Positions 1-10,771 of a stretch of DNA of 64,000 nt are shown here, piece after piece. Position 1 is the stretch's first letter; every line of letters starts with the position of its first letter. Location of the stretch: contig CAVQJC010000005.1 in assembly GCA_963712745.1 (NCBI GenBank), positions 192,001-256,000 of the forward strand. The letters are read 5' to 3'. The translations under genes were made by a program, and so were the position numbers. This DNA comes from an uncultured Chloroflexia bacterium (lineage in GTDB: Bacteria > Chloroflexota > Limnocylindria > Limnocylindrales > CSP1-4). The notes under the pieces are model-generated. The model was not told where the DNA came from, made no database searches, and saw only the letters and a program-made list of their open reading frames with translations.

Positions 1-210
1 TCACGGTCTGTCGGCTGCGAACCCTCTCCTTGCATCGTACGCAGAGGGTATCGGTCCTCGACAGTGCGCGCCTGAGGGCGAGTCCAGTGGGCTCCCGGTC
101 CATCCGAACATACCCGACACGGGTCGGATCGCCGATAGCCGTCGCCGCCGCGCGGGCATCCTCGGTGGCCTCGTGGACGGTTCCACGGAGTCGACCTACC
201 ATTGAACGAG

Positions 211-1308
211 ATGGCGATGTCGCGATTCGGTCCGTCCGTGAACCGATCGACGCGTCGAGCACGTTCCACCTTGAGGGGTCCACTCTTGCGCCGAACACCG
301 ATACTCCTGCCCCTGCTCCTCGCTCTCGCCCTGATGGCCGCGACGGCGCCGGCCACGGCCCGATCCAAGATGGTCCTCGGTGCGGCCGACCCCTATGCAG
401 GTGGTCCTGATGTCGCCGCCGTGCAGGCAGGAGTGAACGCCTACGTCGCGAAGGTCGGCACCAAGCCGCGGATGTGGTCGCTGTGGAGCAAGTGGGGCGA
501 ACGGGGTGCGAACTCGGCCGGTCCGTGCGTCAAGGGCACGGGCTCGTGCGCCTTCCCGTCGGAGGCCGTGGCATGGCTGCACGAGCAAGGCATCACGCCG
601 GTCATCTGGTGGGCCTACAACGATCCCAAGGACCGCGACAGCAACCTGTACGCCCGCTACAAGAAGATCCTCAGCGGCAGACACGACGACTACATCACCA
701 GCTGGGCCGTGGCGGCACGCAAGGCCGGACGCTCGAGCGGCATGCCGGTCATCGTCCGCCCGTTCCACGAGGCCACCGGGCACTGGTTCCCCTGGTCCAT
801 CGGACTCAAGGACAACACCGTCAGGAACTACAAGGAGGCCTGGAACTACCTCGGCAAGAAGTTCCGCCAGAACGGAGCGGATCCCCATGTGCGCTGGCTG
901 TGGTCGCTGGTGCAACCCAAGCGGTGGGCCTATCCAGGCGACAAGTACGTCGACTACGTGGGCATCTCCGTCTCCAATTTCGGCTCTCCCCGTCCCTGGC
1001 GTTGGGGCATCAAGCAGATCAACAGCGCCGTCGCGGCTGCGCAGGAGTTCACGACGAAGCCGATCATCGCCGCGGAGATCGTCACCGCCTACAAGGGCGG
1101 CAACAAGGGCAAGTGGATCCGGGAGACCTACGTCAAGGCCTATCGGAAGCACCCGCAGTTCAAGGGCTTCATCTACGAGGACAGCGACCACCCGAAGAAC
1201 ACCCGCGGCCATCCCGATTGGCGGCTGCAGGTCGGTGACCAGGGTGCCGGCCTGAAGGAGTACAGGAAGCTGGCCGATCAGGCGCGTTTCAAGGGCCGGA
1301 TCCGGTAG
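211..1308 (+). CDS. Secreted glycoside hydrolase family 26 (beta-mannanase-like)
   Basis: Signal-peptide-like ILLPLLLALALMAATAPATA; GH26 motifs RPFHEATGHWFPW, YPGDKYVDYVGI, KPIIAAE; start uncertain (211/217). Confidence 0.8.
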   Translation: MAMSRFGPSVNRSTRRARSTLRGPLLRRTPILLPLLLALALMAATAPATARSKMVLGAADPYAGGPDVAAVQAGVNAYVAKVGTKPRMWSLWSKWGERGANSAGPCVKGTGSCAFPSEAVAWLHEQGITPVIWWAYNDPKDRDSNLYARYKKILSGRHDDYITSWAVAARKAGRSSGMPVIVRPFHEATGHWFPWSIGLKDNTVRNYKEAWNYLGKKFRQNGADPHVRWLWSLVQPKRWAYPGDKYVDYVGISVSNFGSPRPWRWGIKQINSAVAAAQEFTTKPIIAAEIVTAYKGGNKGKWIRETYVKAYRKHPQFKGFIYEDSDHPKNTRGHPDWRLQVGDQGAGLKEYRKLADQARFKGRIR

Positions 1309-2336
1309 CCCTCCGTCGGGACCCGGTAGCCCTCCGCCGGGACTGGGCCCGCGATAGCGATCGCCGCTTGCGCAGCGCCAGCGGCGCCAGTCGCATGAAC
1401 AGCGGGAGCGCGCGCAGTCGCTGTCGATCGGCGCCCAGCATGAAGAGCAGTTGCGCGACCTCGCGTCGTGCGATCCAGGGCGCGTCACGGAGGACGGCGC
1501 CGCAGTTCATCGTTCTTCAGCTGCATAAGCCGCTGGTTGCGCCACGCCCGGATGCGCACGGCCGCGGGGTTGGTCATGTTGGCACGCGCTCCTGCGGCGA
1601 GGCCATCCGCTCCACTATCCCCGCCGCTTCGTGCGTGCCAGGCCATCAGCGCCGGCTGATGGCGACATCTCCAACCCATCCGCTGGAGCCGCCAGGCCAG
1701 GTCGGCGTCCTCCTTCTCGGCGAAGAAGTCCTCGTCCAGCACTTCCCAGCCGCCACCCCTGCGTGGCACCCGGACTTCGAGGAGCGCCCTTCGCCGGTAA
1801 ACCGGCGCAGGGCCGTCCGCCCCCCAGACATAACCCGGGAGCCGCTCCTCGGGAGGCCGCCGAAGCAGCTGGTCACGGCTGACGACCCGGCGGTCCCGGT
1901 GGATGACCAGACCGGTGCTGTCAGTCACGTCCAGGCGTTCGCCACTGGGACCCAGCCGGCCGATCCAGCCTTGCACGGCTCCCAGACTCAGGTCGGCATC
2001 GAGCTCGTCACAGGCGGCGTGCAGGAAGCCGGGGTCGAGCACCACGTCCTGGTTTAGCAGGACCAGCACGTCGGCCCGCGCCGCGCGGATAGAGCGATTG
2101 TGGGCAGCACCGTAGCCGGTGTTCGTGGCCAGCGCCTGGACCCGGATTCGCGGATCGTCAGCAGCCTGTGCCAGCAGCCACGCGGTCGAGCCGTCACTGG
2201 AGGCGTTGTCGACCACCAGTAGCTCCCAGTCGGCCATCGTCTGCGCCCTGACCGACTCGAGACAGGCAGGCAGCCAACTCATGCCGTTCCAGGTCACCAG
2301 CGAGATCGAGACTCGCGGCATTGCCCCTGAGCTCAT
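1289..2336 (-). CDS. GT2 glycosyltransferase (+1 frameshift near 1502)
   Basis: VSISLVTWNG, VVDNASSDGS, LLNQD, EDADLAWR; the C-terminus LRDAPWIARRE..LRKRR continues in the 1289..1510 frame; ATGA overlap with the upstream gene. Confidence 0.85.
1302..1343. repeat. 21-bp tandem repeat x2 spanning the GH26 stop and the GT2 3' end
   Basis: ccggtagccctccg(t/c)cgggac twice. Confidence 0.9.
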
Positions 2337-3223
2337 CGTCGGACCCGCGCCCGCCGGCGCTGGGCCGTGTACATCAGCCGCACCAGGGGCCGGATGGGAC
2401 GGGCGGTGGCGGCCTCCATGTGCTGCTCGTAGAAGCGCTCGTGTGCCAGTATCGCGGCGACCCTGGCCCGGTCACGGGTCCCGAGCTCGGCCTCGGTCAG
2501 GTCATCTGCCCGGGCCTTGAAGTGGCTGGAACCGCCCTTGACGTGGACTGCCTGCTGCGTGCCCACGTAGCGGACCCGGTAGCCGGCAGCCCGCACCCGT
2601 GCGCAGAGGTCCAGGTCCTCCGCATAGAAGTGGTAGGCCTCGTCCCAGCCACCCACAGCCTGGAACACATCACGACGGATGAGCAGGAAGGCACCCGCGC
2701 AGGCCTCCACGTCATGCACCCCTCCCGGGTCGAGCCAGCTCAGGCGGTAGTGACCGAGCCGGTGCGACTGCGGCAGCAGCCGGTCCAGCCGGGCCTTGTA
2801 GACGAGCGAATCGAAGACCGTGGGCAGGCCCCGATGGCAGGCGTGGTCCAGCTCGCCGTCCGGCATGGTGAGGCGGCAGGTCGCGATGCCGATGCTGTCG
2901 TCAGCGGTGGCCTCCGCGAGCACTCCGCCGAGGCAGCCGGGCTCCACGAACACGTCGTCGTTCAAGAACAGCACCCACCCGCCGCTGGTCAGCCCGGCGC
3001 CGCGGTTGCAGGCAGCCGAGTAGCCGGGGTTGTCGTCGATGACCAGGAGGCACTCGTTTGAACGGAGGGACGCCTCCAGTGGTCGGGTCGGCTCGACATC
3101 GACGATCACGACCTCGTCCGGCGCGTGCTCACTGCCGCGCAGCGCGTCGAGCGCGCGGATCAGCAGATCCTCGCGCCGATGGTTCACGATGACGATGCTG
3201 AGACCGTCCCCGGCAGATACCAT
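2333..3223 (-). CDS. GT2 glycosyltransferase (WbbL-like rhamnosyltransferase)
   Basis: LSIVIVNH, NPGYSAACNRG, FLNDD, GGWDEAYHFYAEDLDLC. Confidence 0.85.
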   Translation of the reverse strand: MVSAGDGLSIVIVNHRREDLLIRALDALRGSEHAPDEVVIVDVEPTRPLEASLRSNECLLVIDDNPGYSAACNRGAGLTSGGWVLFLNDDVFVEPGCLGGVLAEATADDSIGIATCRLTMPDGELDHACHRGLPTVFDSLVYKARLDRLLPQSHRLGHYRLSWLDPGGVHDVEACAGAFLLIRRDVFQAVGGWDEAYHFYAEDLDLCARVRAAGYRVRYVGTQQAVHVKGGSSHFKARADDLTEAELGTRDRARVAAILAHERFYEQHMEAATARPIRPLVRLMYTAQRRRARVRR

Positions 3224-3259
3224 CTCGAAAGCCTAGCGATGTCTGAAGCGGAGGTGGCA

Positions 3260-3985
3260 ATGAAGGGAGTCGTGCTCGCGGGCGGCACCGGGTCGCGCCT
3301 GTACCCCTTGACGCAGGTCACCAACAAGCACCTGATGCCGGTGTACGACCGGCCCATGATCTACTTCCCGCTCGAGACGCTCAAGGGCATGGGCATCCGC
3401 GAGGTCATGGTCATCCTGGGCGGCCGCAGCATCGGCGACATCGTGGAGCTGCTCTCCGACGGTGATGACTTCGGGCTCCACCTGACCTATCGCTACCAGC
3501 GCGGTTCGCTGGGCATCGCCCACGCCATCGGCCTGACCCGCGATTTCGTCGGCGACGACAGCTTCTGCGTCGTGCTCGGCGACAACATCCTGCGCGGTGA
3601 GCCGCTCGCGGACGTAGCCGCCGAATTCGAGGCGGGCCCGTGGGGCGGGGGCACGATGCTCTACCGCGTGGAGGATCCCCAGCGCTTCGGGGTGGCGGAG
3701 TTCGATGCGGACGGCCACGTCATCGGCTTCGAGGAGAAGCCCGACCAGCCCAAGTCGGACTCCATCCCCATCGGGGTCTATTTCCTGCGACCGGATGCCT
3801 TCAAGGTCATCGAGCACCTGGCCCCGTCGGGCCGGGGCGAGTTCGAGATCACCGATGTCCTCAACCACTACGTGGCGGAGGGCGGCGTGTTCGCGCCCCA
3901 CTACGAGGGCCACTGGGCGGACGCGGGCACCATCGAGGCCCTGCTGGAGGCGAGCACCATGGCCGCCGAGCAAACCGACTCCTAG
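3260..3985 (+). CDS. rmlA: Glucose-1-phosphate thymidylyltransferase (short RmlA/SpsI type)
   Basis: MKGVVLAGGTGSRLYPLT..NKHLMPVYDRPMI, EKP, SGRGEFEITD, WADAGT; GGAGG RBS. Confidence 0.9.
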   Translation: MKGVVLAGGTGSRLYPLTQVTNKHLMPVYDRPMIYFPLETLKGMGIREVMVILGGRSIGDIVELLSDGDDFGLHLTYRYQRGSLGIAHAIGLTRDFVGDDSFCVVLGDNILRGEPLADVAAEFEAGPWGGGTMLYRVEDPQRFGVAEFDADGHVIGFEEKPDQPKSDSIPIGVYFLRPDAFKVIEHLAPSGRGEFEITDVLNHYVAEGGVFAPHYEGHWADAGTIEALLEASTMAAEQTDS

Positions 3986-6022
3986 GCGTCCTCTGGCAGC
4001 TCGTACTCCACGCGTACCACTGCGTCGCCGTCCAGCTCGATCTGGCCGCTGACGCGTCCCTCACCGACCTCCAGTCCATCGGTCAGGCTGGTCACGGTCG
4101 CCCCGTCCGGGAGGTCGATGCCGAGCGAGAGCGGCAAGGTCCGTGCTCCGGGCTGCTTCTGGACGACCAGCTCGTACAGCCATCCCTCCTGGGTCTGGAC
4201 CGCTGCCCCGGGCTTGATCCAGAGGTAGCTCATGGTCGATGCGCCCGGCGGCATGAAGAGATAGTTCGCAAAGGACTGCCGGCCGGACTCCTCGCCGGAC
4301 CGCTCCAGGGCGCGCACCACCTCGTCCGCCTTGCCGTTGGCCGTCACCAGCTCCGCCCCCTCCGGCACCAGCACCCGCAGGTAGGCGCCGTACCAGCCCT
4401 CCTCGTTGTTGGAGAAGCTGCGCAGCGAAGCGTAGGGCTCCCCCGCGCTCCCGGCCCGGTTGTCCCAGTCCAGGCGCAGGCTGTTCAGCGCATCGCCGTT
4501 CTCGTCGAGCTTGACCACCAGCGAATCGCTGCGGTCGACCACGAGGTTGTACTTCGAGGTCGGTGAGACGTTTGATTCCACGACGTAGAGGTAGTCGCCG
4601 CCGTCCTGGCGCACGCGCCCGTCCCAGCCTGCCTGTTCGATGAGGTCCTGGGCTGCCTCGTCAGAGAACCAGGCCATCATGAGCCGCTCCCGCCCGATGT
4701 CCTCGAGCGCTTCTGCGGTCGCCACCCAGCGCTGGGGAGGCAGCGACAGCAGCCGGGCGGTCAACCGGCGCGCCAGCACGTCAAGGACCTCCTTGCGACC
4801 CTCGACCGACTGGGGCGAGCCCCGGGTGGCACCGAGCAAGGTCAGTGTCGTGTCGCCCGGCTCCACGGTCACGTCGTAGCCGGGCACGGTCACCGGGCCC
4901 ACCACCTCCAGCAGCCGGTCGAGCGCGTAGGTGGTGATGGCGATGACGCCGTCGATCTCGCCGTCGCCACTCTCGATCTCGTACAGCTCCAGCGCCTTCT
5001 GCGCTGCGGTCGGGAAGTCTGCGGCCCAGGTCGCGTCGGCCAGGCGCCATGACTGGTCGTCACCCAGGAGGTAGACGGCCAGCTCGTCGGGCGGCTCGAC
5101 GAAGGGCAGTCCGGGCATGCGGCTGAGCTCGTGCACGTCGCGAAAGCGCTGCTCTGCGATGGCGCCGTCCTTGAGCGTGATGACCCCCACGGTCCCCGCG
5201 TAGCCACCGGTCGGGCGCAGCTCGGCGGGGTTCTGCGCCAGCACCAGGTAACGCTTCTCCTCCCCCCAGCCGAGGAGTCCCGGGAGCACGTCGTCGTACT
5301 CCCGGTAGGCGTCCAGGAGCGGCCGGTACGTCGACAGCGGGTCCGCCACCAGGTCACGGGCCTCCAGGATGAGCCCCGCGGCGTTGCCGGGGATGGCCGC
5401 CAGCTCATCCTCAGCCAGGGCGATGAGCTCTGCCGCCCGGTCCACCTCCTCGCCGGAGGTCGCCATCAGCTCGACCAGGCCCGGCATGAGCGCCACGCTG
5501 GCATCCGCGTCGTTGGCCTCGCGCAGGCCCACCACCTCGTAGGCCAGCCCGAGTCCGATGTCGCCCGCCTCGAGCAGGGCATCGGCCGCGGCCACCAGGG
5601 AATCCGCCGCCGCGACCTGGTCGCCCAGGACCGGCACGGCACGGGCGGCAGCCACCACCGGATCGTCGGCTGGTGAGCTCACGCAGGGGCGCCATCGACG
5701 TCTCGAGCTGGTCCAGGCTCTGCGCCAGCCGGTCGATGGAGCCTCGCTGCAGGTCTGCCGGCTTGAGCGCCCGCGCCTGGTTGGCCAGCTGGCGCGCGTC
5801 CTGGCGTACCGCACGCACGTCATCCGGCACGCCCGCGTAGCGCAGGCCGAGGACGGCTGCGAGCCCGGCCAGCACGAGCACCGCGATGAGGACGGTCGCG
5901 ACCACGAGCCGACCTCTCCGCCGGCGGCGGGGGGGCGGTGGCGGAGGCGGTGGGGCTGCATACGGCCCCGGATAGCCTGGAGGGGGCCCGGGTGGCCCCG
6001 GCGCCGGGGGACGCGTGGTCAA
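3982..6022 (-). CDS. DUF4012-domain membrane-anchored protein (+1 frameshift near 5671)
   Basis: Pro-rich N-terminus plus TM in the 5411..6022 frame; RYLVLAQNPAELRPTGG, DGVIAI, QKQPG in the 3982 frame. Confidence 0.8.
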
Positions 6023-6029
6023 CGGCGCC

Positions 6030-6923
6030 TCACGCGCTGGGTAGCCGCTCGGCGATGACCACGAAGCGGGGAGCCGTGTCCTCGTAGGTGAGGCACGTCT
6101 GGAGCGTCAGGATCTCACGGTCGCTGGGAGCCAGGTACTCGAGCGCATCCCAGGCCACGAGCGGGAGGATCTGCGAGACCTCGTAGGCGGCCACGCTGCC
6201 GTCCGCCATGTCCACCTCTACGCGGTCCCCGTGGCGGACCCGCCAGAGCTCGAGGAACGCGCCCTCGCGGGCGTGCCCGTAGAGGTAGGTGTTGCTGCCC
6301 TCACCGGGCCAGGCCGTACCGGGGTAGTGGCTGGCGGCGCCTTCAGGGACTGAGTACCCGTCACCCTCGACCAGCGGCAGGTCGATGCCCAGGCTCTCCA
6401 TGCGGATGGCCGTGGCCGGGAGCGCGGTCGCCGAAGTGATCGATGGTGGTGGTGCCAGCGGCGCCGCGGGAGCCGATTCGACGAAGCCGGCCGGAGGGAC
6501 GGTGGATGTCCTTGGCAGGCCGCCCGCACAGCGCACGGTGATGGTCGGCGACCCGCCGGCGATCGACGCGCGGACGACGCGGGGTCCTGCAGCCGGGCCA
6601 AAGGTGAGCGTGACGCTCGTCTTGCCGTTCTTGTTGGTGATGGTGCTCGTCTGGCTCAGGCCATCTCCAAGCGACTGGGTCTGCGCCAGCGACCAGGTGA
6701 TGATCTGGTTGTCGATGGGCTTGCCGGTCTCGGTCGAGACGACCTTGGCGTTGATGGTGGCAGCGCGGTTGCACTTGACGACGCTGGGACCGGACAGGAG
6801 CACCTGGCTGAATCGCTGCTTGATGTAGCCGGAGGCCGGGGCCACGAGCACGGCGAGGAACACCGCGGAAAGCACCAGCGCGACGAGGGCCACAGTCGTC
6901 GGACGAAGGTGTCTGCGCTCCAT
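6030..6923 (-). CDS. Sortase-domain protein with signal peptide, Ig-like domain and internal LPRTS motif
   Basis: Sortase motifs PGEGSNTYLYGH, LTLQTC, and R in APRFVV; N-terminal signal peptide. Confidence 0.85.
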   Translation of the reverse strand: MERRHLRPTTVALVALVLSAVFLAVLVAPASGYIKQRFSQVLLSGPSVVKCNRAATINAKVVSTETGKPIDNQIITWSLAQTQSLGDGLSQTSTITNKNGKTSVTLTFGPAAGPRVVRASIAGGSPTITVRCAGGLPRTSTVPPAGFVESAPAAPLAPPPSITSATALPATAIRMESLGIDLPLVEGDGYSVPEGAASHYPGTAWPGEGSNTYLYGHAREGAFLELWRVRHGDRVEVDMADGSVAAYEVSQILPLVAWDALEYLAPSDREILTLQTCLTYEDTAPRFVVIAERLPSA

Positions 6924-8383
6924 CTACTCCGTCCTCTGCCGGGTTCGCCGGATTGGCCGGCAGTCCCCATCGCGCCTGGGCATACTCGAGCGGTCCGGAC
7001 TCGACCATCGCATCCAGATCGGGCTCCGCACCCGTGGCCGCGGTGAGGTATGAACGCAATTCGTCGAGACCTCCGCCCTGTTCGCGGTCGCCGAAGCCGC
7101 CGTCGTGCGGGGCCAGCGTGGTCTCCTCTGCGAGGTCGGCCAGCCCGCGGATAACGGCAGTGAGAAACGCGGTCACCGTGGACCCTTCCTCGCTCAGCAT
7201 GTCCGCCGAGGCGACGAGCACGTCCCCGCCGTAGGTGCCATCGGACGCGTAGTTGCGATGACCGGCCACGGTCACCAGCGGCAGGCCCTGGTCCACGGCT
7301 TCTGCCACGTCCAGCGCGTCCATGACTCCGAAGTCGAGGAGGCCCTGGAGCACGCCCAGCAGGGGCTGGTCGACATCGACCAGCTCGACCGTGGAGAAGC
7401 CGGCGTCGGTGAAGTAGCCGGCGTCGTTCGCGGTCACGATGGGGCTGATGAGCCCGTCCGGCATGGGCAGCCCGATGGCCAGGTCCACCAGGCCGGGCGG
7501 ACCGCTGAAGTCGCCGGCCGGGTTCGGCGCCGAGCCCCGACCAGGCCTGGGCGCTGTTGAGCGCCGGCTGTGCGATGAAGGCGCCCAGGGGAGGTTCCGG
7601 CCCCTCGGTCTCCGCGAGGTAGGCCTCCAACTCGCCAAGTCCGCCACCCTCCTCGACCGAGCCGAAGCCCCCATCGAACGGCGCGAAGGCGGCCACCTCT
7701 TCTGGCCACCTTGCGGCCAGGTCGTCGCTGATCGCGAGGTCGGTGGTCTGGAGCAACGCCAGCGCGTCGAGTGCAGCTTCCGGCTCCGAAAGATCCTGCA
7801 GGGCGCGGATGTACGCCACCAGGAAGGCGACCATCGTCGCCGGCTCGCTGTCGACCAGGCCGGGCGCCGCCACGAGGACGTCGCCTCCGTACGTGCCCCG
7901 CGGGTAGTTGCGGTATCCGGCGATGGCCCGCAGCCGGGGATCGTTGCGCACGGCCGCGGCCGCTTCCGCGGTCCCCACCACGGCGATATCCAGGTCACCG
8001 CTCGCGACGTCCCTCAGCACGTTGGGGCTGGCGGAGACCGTCACGCGCTCGAAGCCGGCATCGTCGAAGTAGCCGGCCAGTTCCGCGATCAGCAGCGGCG
8101 CCTGCCTCACCACCTGCGAGCCGGCGTAGCCCACGGAGAGCTTGTCGCGGCCGGGGGTGATGGCGAACTCGGGGGCAGCCGGCGCCTCCGTCGGGCCGGG
8201 GGACTGCTGCGGCCGGGGCGTCCGCTCCACGCTGGGGCCGGTATCGGGGACGGGCCTGGGCGCGGGCGTGTCGAATGCCGGCGTAGTCGTGTCCGGGACC
8301 GCATCGTTCGTGGCCGCCAGCGCCGGCATCGGCAACAGCAGCGCGAGTCCGAGGGGGAGCGCGAGGAGGAGCCGGCGCCTCAT
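6924..8383 (-). CDS. Two-domain NMT1/SsuA-like ABC substrate-binding protein (frameshifts near 7531 and 6930)
   Basis: Signal peptide MRRRLLLALP; two similar halves (AGYFDDAGF..YGGDVLVA / AGYFTDAGF..YGGDVLVA); TAG directly abuts the sortase ATG. Confidence 0.7.
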
Positions 8384-9774
8384 GGGCCCGGCTTCCGGAT
8401 CACGGCGGGGATGGTGCGGAACAGGATCCACAGGTCCAGCCAGGGCGACCAGCGGTCGATGTAGTCCATGTCCAGCTGGGCCCGGCGGTCGAAGTCGTCG
8501 TAGTCGCGAGAGATCTGCCACAACCCCGTTATACCGGGTTTCATCGATAGACGCCGACGGTGCCACACGTCGTAGGCCTCCACTTCTCGCGCGGGAGCCG
8601 GCCTGGGGCCGACCACGCTCATCTCGCCCTTGAGGACGTTCCACAGCTGCGGCAGCTCGTCGAGGTTGTAGCGGCGGAGCACACGCCCCACCGGGGTCAC
8701 GCGAGGATCGCGCTTGAGCTTGAAGGCGGCTCCGCGCAGATCGCTCGTCTGGGCCAGTCCCGGATAGAGCTCCTCCGCGTGGGGGATCATGGTGCGCAGC
8801 TTGTACATCGTGAAGAGGCGGCCGTGCAGCCCGACCCGCTCCTGGCGGAAGATGATGCCGGGGCCCTGGCTCACGCGCATGATCACCGCGATGACGGCCA
8901 CGAGCGGTACGGCCAGTATCAGGCCGGCCACCCCGAAGGCGATGTCCATGGCGCGCTTGGCCGCCTGGGCGGTGAGCTCGTCGGGGCCGTTCACGTAGGA
9001 CAGCACGGCCGTGCCGTCGAGATCCTCCAGGAAGCGCTCGGAGGTCCGCAGCTGCGGGACCACCAGCGGCACGCGGATCAGCTTGCCCTGCTCATGGGCC
9101 ACCTGCGCGAGCTCCTCCACATCGGGCCAGGCCGCCGCGCCGACGCAGAGCGCGACCTCGTCCACGACCTGTTCACGCAGGACGCGCGGCAGCTCGAGGT
9201 AGGGGCCCCAGTACTCCGCCCCGGGATCCGCGCTCGGGGGCTCCGGGCCCAGGTAGCCCATGACCTTGACCCCCAGGACGCTGTGTTCGTGGACGAGCCG
9301 CGCGAAGGCGGTCGCCTCTGGGCCGGTACCCAGGACCAGGACGTTGCGCACGTTGAGGCCCCGGCGCCGGAAGTACATGAAGATGACCCGCAACGTGGCG
9401 CGGACGCCGACGGCCAGCGCGCCCTGGAGCGGGAAGAGCAGCAGCGCCCAGCCGCCACCTTCGACGTCCGAGGCGGACAGGAAGAGCGCGACCAGGCCCA
9501 GCACAGCCAGCCAGCCGGTGGCGCGCGCGACGGCACCGGCCTCGCCGAAGATGGTCCAGTGCGCGCGCAGCCGGTAGGCGCCGTGCACGTAGAGCAGCGC
9601 CACCCAGGCCACCGAGTAGGACAGGGCCCGCAGCCAGAAGACATCGAGGAAGTCCGAGGCGGGCGCGTTGGGATGAGCCACGGCCTGGTAAAGGACCAGG
9701 CTGAGGACAGCCGCGGTGGCACCATCGACCAGCATCAGGGCAAGCCGGAGCAGCTTGCCGTGGCGCCGGATCAC
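8380..9774 (-). CDS. Polyprenyl-phosphate sugar (priming) phosphotransferase, WcaJ/WbaP family
   Basis: TM helices, LVLGTG, KRAMDI, FRQERVG, KLRTM, DPRVT, LDELPQLWNVLKGEMSVVGPRP, KPGITGLWQ. Confidence 0.93.
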   Translation of the reverse strand: MIRRHGKLLRLALMLVDGATAAVLSLVLYQAVAHPNAPASDFLDVFWLRALSYSVAWVALLYVHGAYRLRAHWTIFGEAGAVARATGWLAVLGLVALFLSASDVEGGGWALLLFPLQGALAVGVRATLRVIFMYFRRRGLNVRNVLVLGTGPEATAFARLVHEHSVLGVKVMGYLGPEPPSADPGAEYWGPYLELPRVLREQVVDEVALCVGAAAWPDVEELAQVAHEQGKLIRVPLVVPQLRTSERFLEDLDGTAVLSYVNGPDELTAQAAKRAMDIAFGVAGLILAVPLVAVIAVIMRVSQGPGIIFRQERVGLHGRLFTMYKLRTMIPHAEELYPGLAQTSDLRGAAFKLKRDPRVTPVGRVLRRYNLDELPQLWNVLKGEMSVVGPRPAPAREVEAYDVWHRRRLSMKPGITGLWQISRDYDDFDRRAQLDMDYIDRWSPWLDLWILFRTIPAVIRKPGP

Positions 9775-9957
9775 GAACCGGTAGCGGGGGAGTGGGGCAC
9801 TACGGTTCCTCTCTCGAAGTTCCCCTTGTGGGCATGATCAGCGCTTTGGTGGGCCTGCTGGGGTGAGCTTGACATCAGCCTAGCATCGGAGGCGAAATCA
9901 GAACGGTGGGGTCCGGCTATCCTGCGGGTACGAGCAGAGGCAAGGAGGCGAGTCACG

Positions 9958-10187
9958 ATGGACCTGCGGGGCGACCAAGCACGAGCGATTGCCTTCCGAC
10001 CCGTGTTCCTGGCGCTAGTGGCGACATTGCTGCTGCCCGTGGCCACCGTTGCACAATCCCCCGCTCTGCCAGCCCATCTGGGCCTCGGGCACGCGGGAAC
10101 CGCATCTCCTCTTCCCCCGTCTTCCTCGACGGCGCCCTCTACGCCTCGTCGGAGGACGGCACCGTCCGGCGCTGGAGCCTGCCCTGA
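9958..10187 (+). pseudogene. Small or remnant secreted protein with a single PQQ-like repeat (frameshifted)
   Basis: AGGAGG RBS and signal-like FLALVATLLLPVATVA in one frame; ISSSPVFLDGALYASSEDGTVRRW in another. Confidence 0.5.
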
Positions 10188-10188
10188 C

Positions 10189-10771
10189 GTGAGGATGTCG
10201 GTCCGGCGCACGGCCATCCCGGAGGTGCTCATCGTGGAGCACGAGACGTTCCAGGACGACCGCGGCTTCTTCATGGAGGCCTTCCGGGCGGACCATTTCG
10301 CCGAGTACGCCGAGCTGGGGCTGCCCAGCACCTTCGTCCAGCTCAACCACAGCCGCAGCGCGCGGGGAGTCACCCGCGGCCTGCACTTCCAGTGGCAACC
10401 GCCGATGGGCAAGTACATGCGCGCCGCCCGCGGCGAGGCCTTCATCGTGGCCGTCGATATCCGCCCCGGGTCGCCCACGCTGGGCCGGCACGTCTCGCTG
10501 GTGGCCAACGACGAGAACCACCTGGGACTGTGGGCCCCGGCCTCCTTCGCGCGCGGATTCGCCACGCTCTCCGACGTGGTCGACCTGGAGTACCTCACGA
10601 CCGGCCACTACAACGGCGCGGCTGAGTCGGGCATCGCCTGGGACGACCCGGACATCGGCATCGACTGGCCCGTCAAGGAGCCCATCCTCTCGTCAGCGTG
10701 ACAGCAACGCCCAGTCGCTCGCGGACTGGCTGGCCCGACCGGAAGCGGAGCACTTCCGCTACCGCCCATGA
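10189..10771 (+). CDS. rmlC: dTDP-4-dehydrorhamnose 3,5-epimerase (+1 frameshift near 10693)
   Basis: DDRGFFME, VQLNHSRS, RGLHFQ, DIGIDWP; corrected tail QRDSNAQSLADWL..YRP* overlaps the rmlD ATG. Confidence 0.9.

Noticed and set aside
9958-10701. RmlC with a signal peptide (247-aa ORF)
   Set aside because: This is an artefactual fusion of the upstream frameshifted mini-gene with rmlC, which starts at ~10189-10195.
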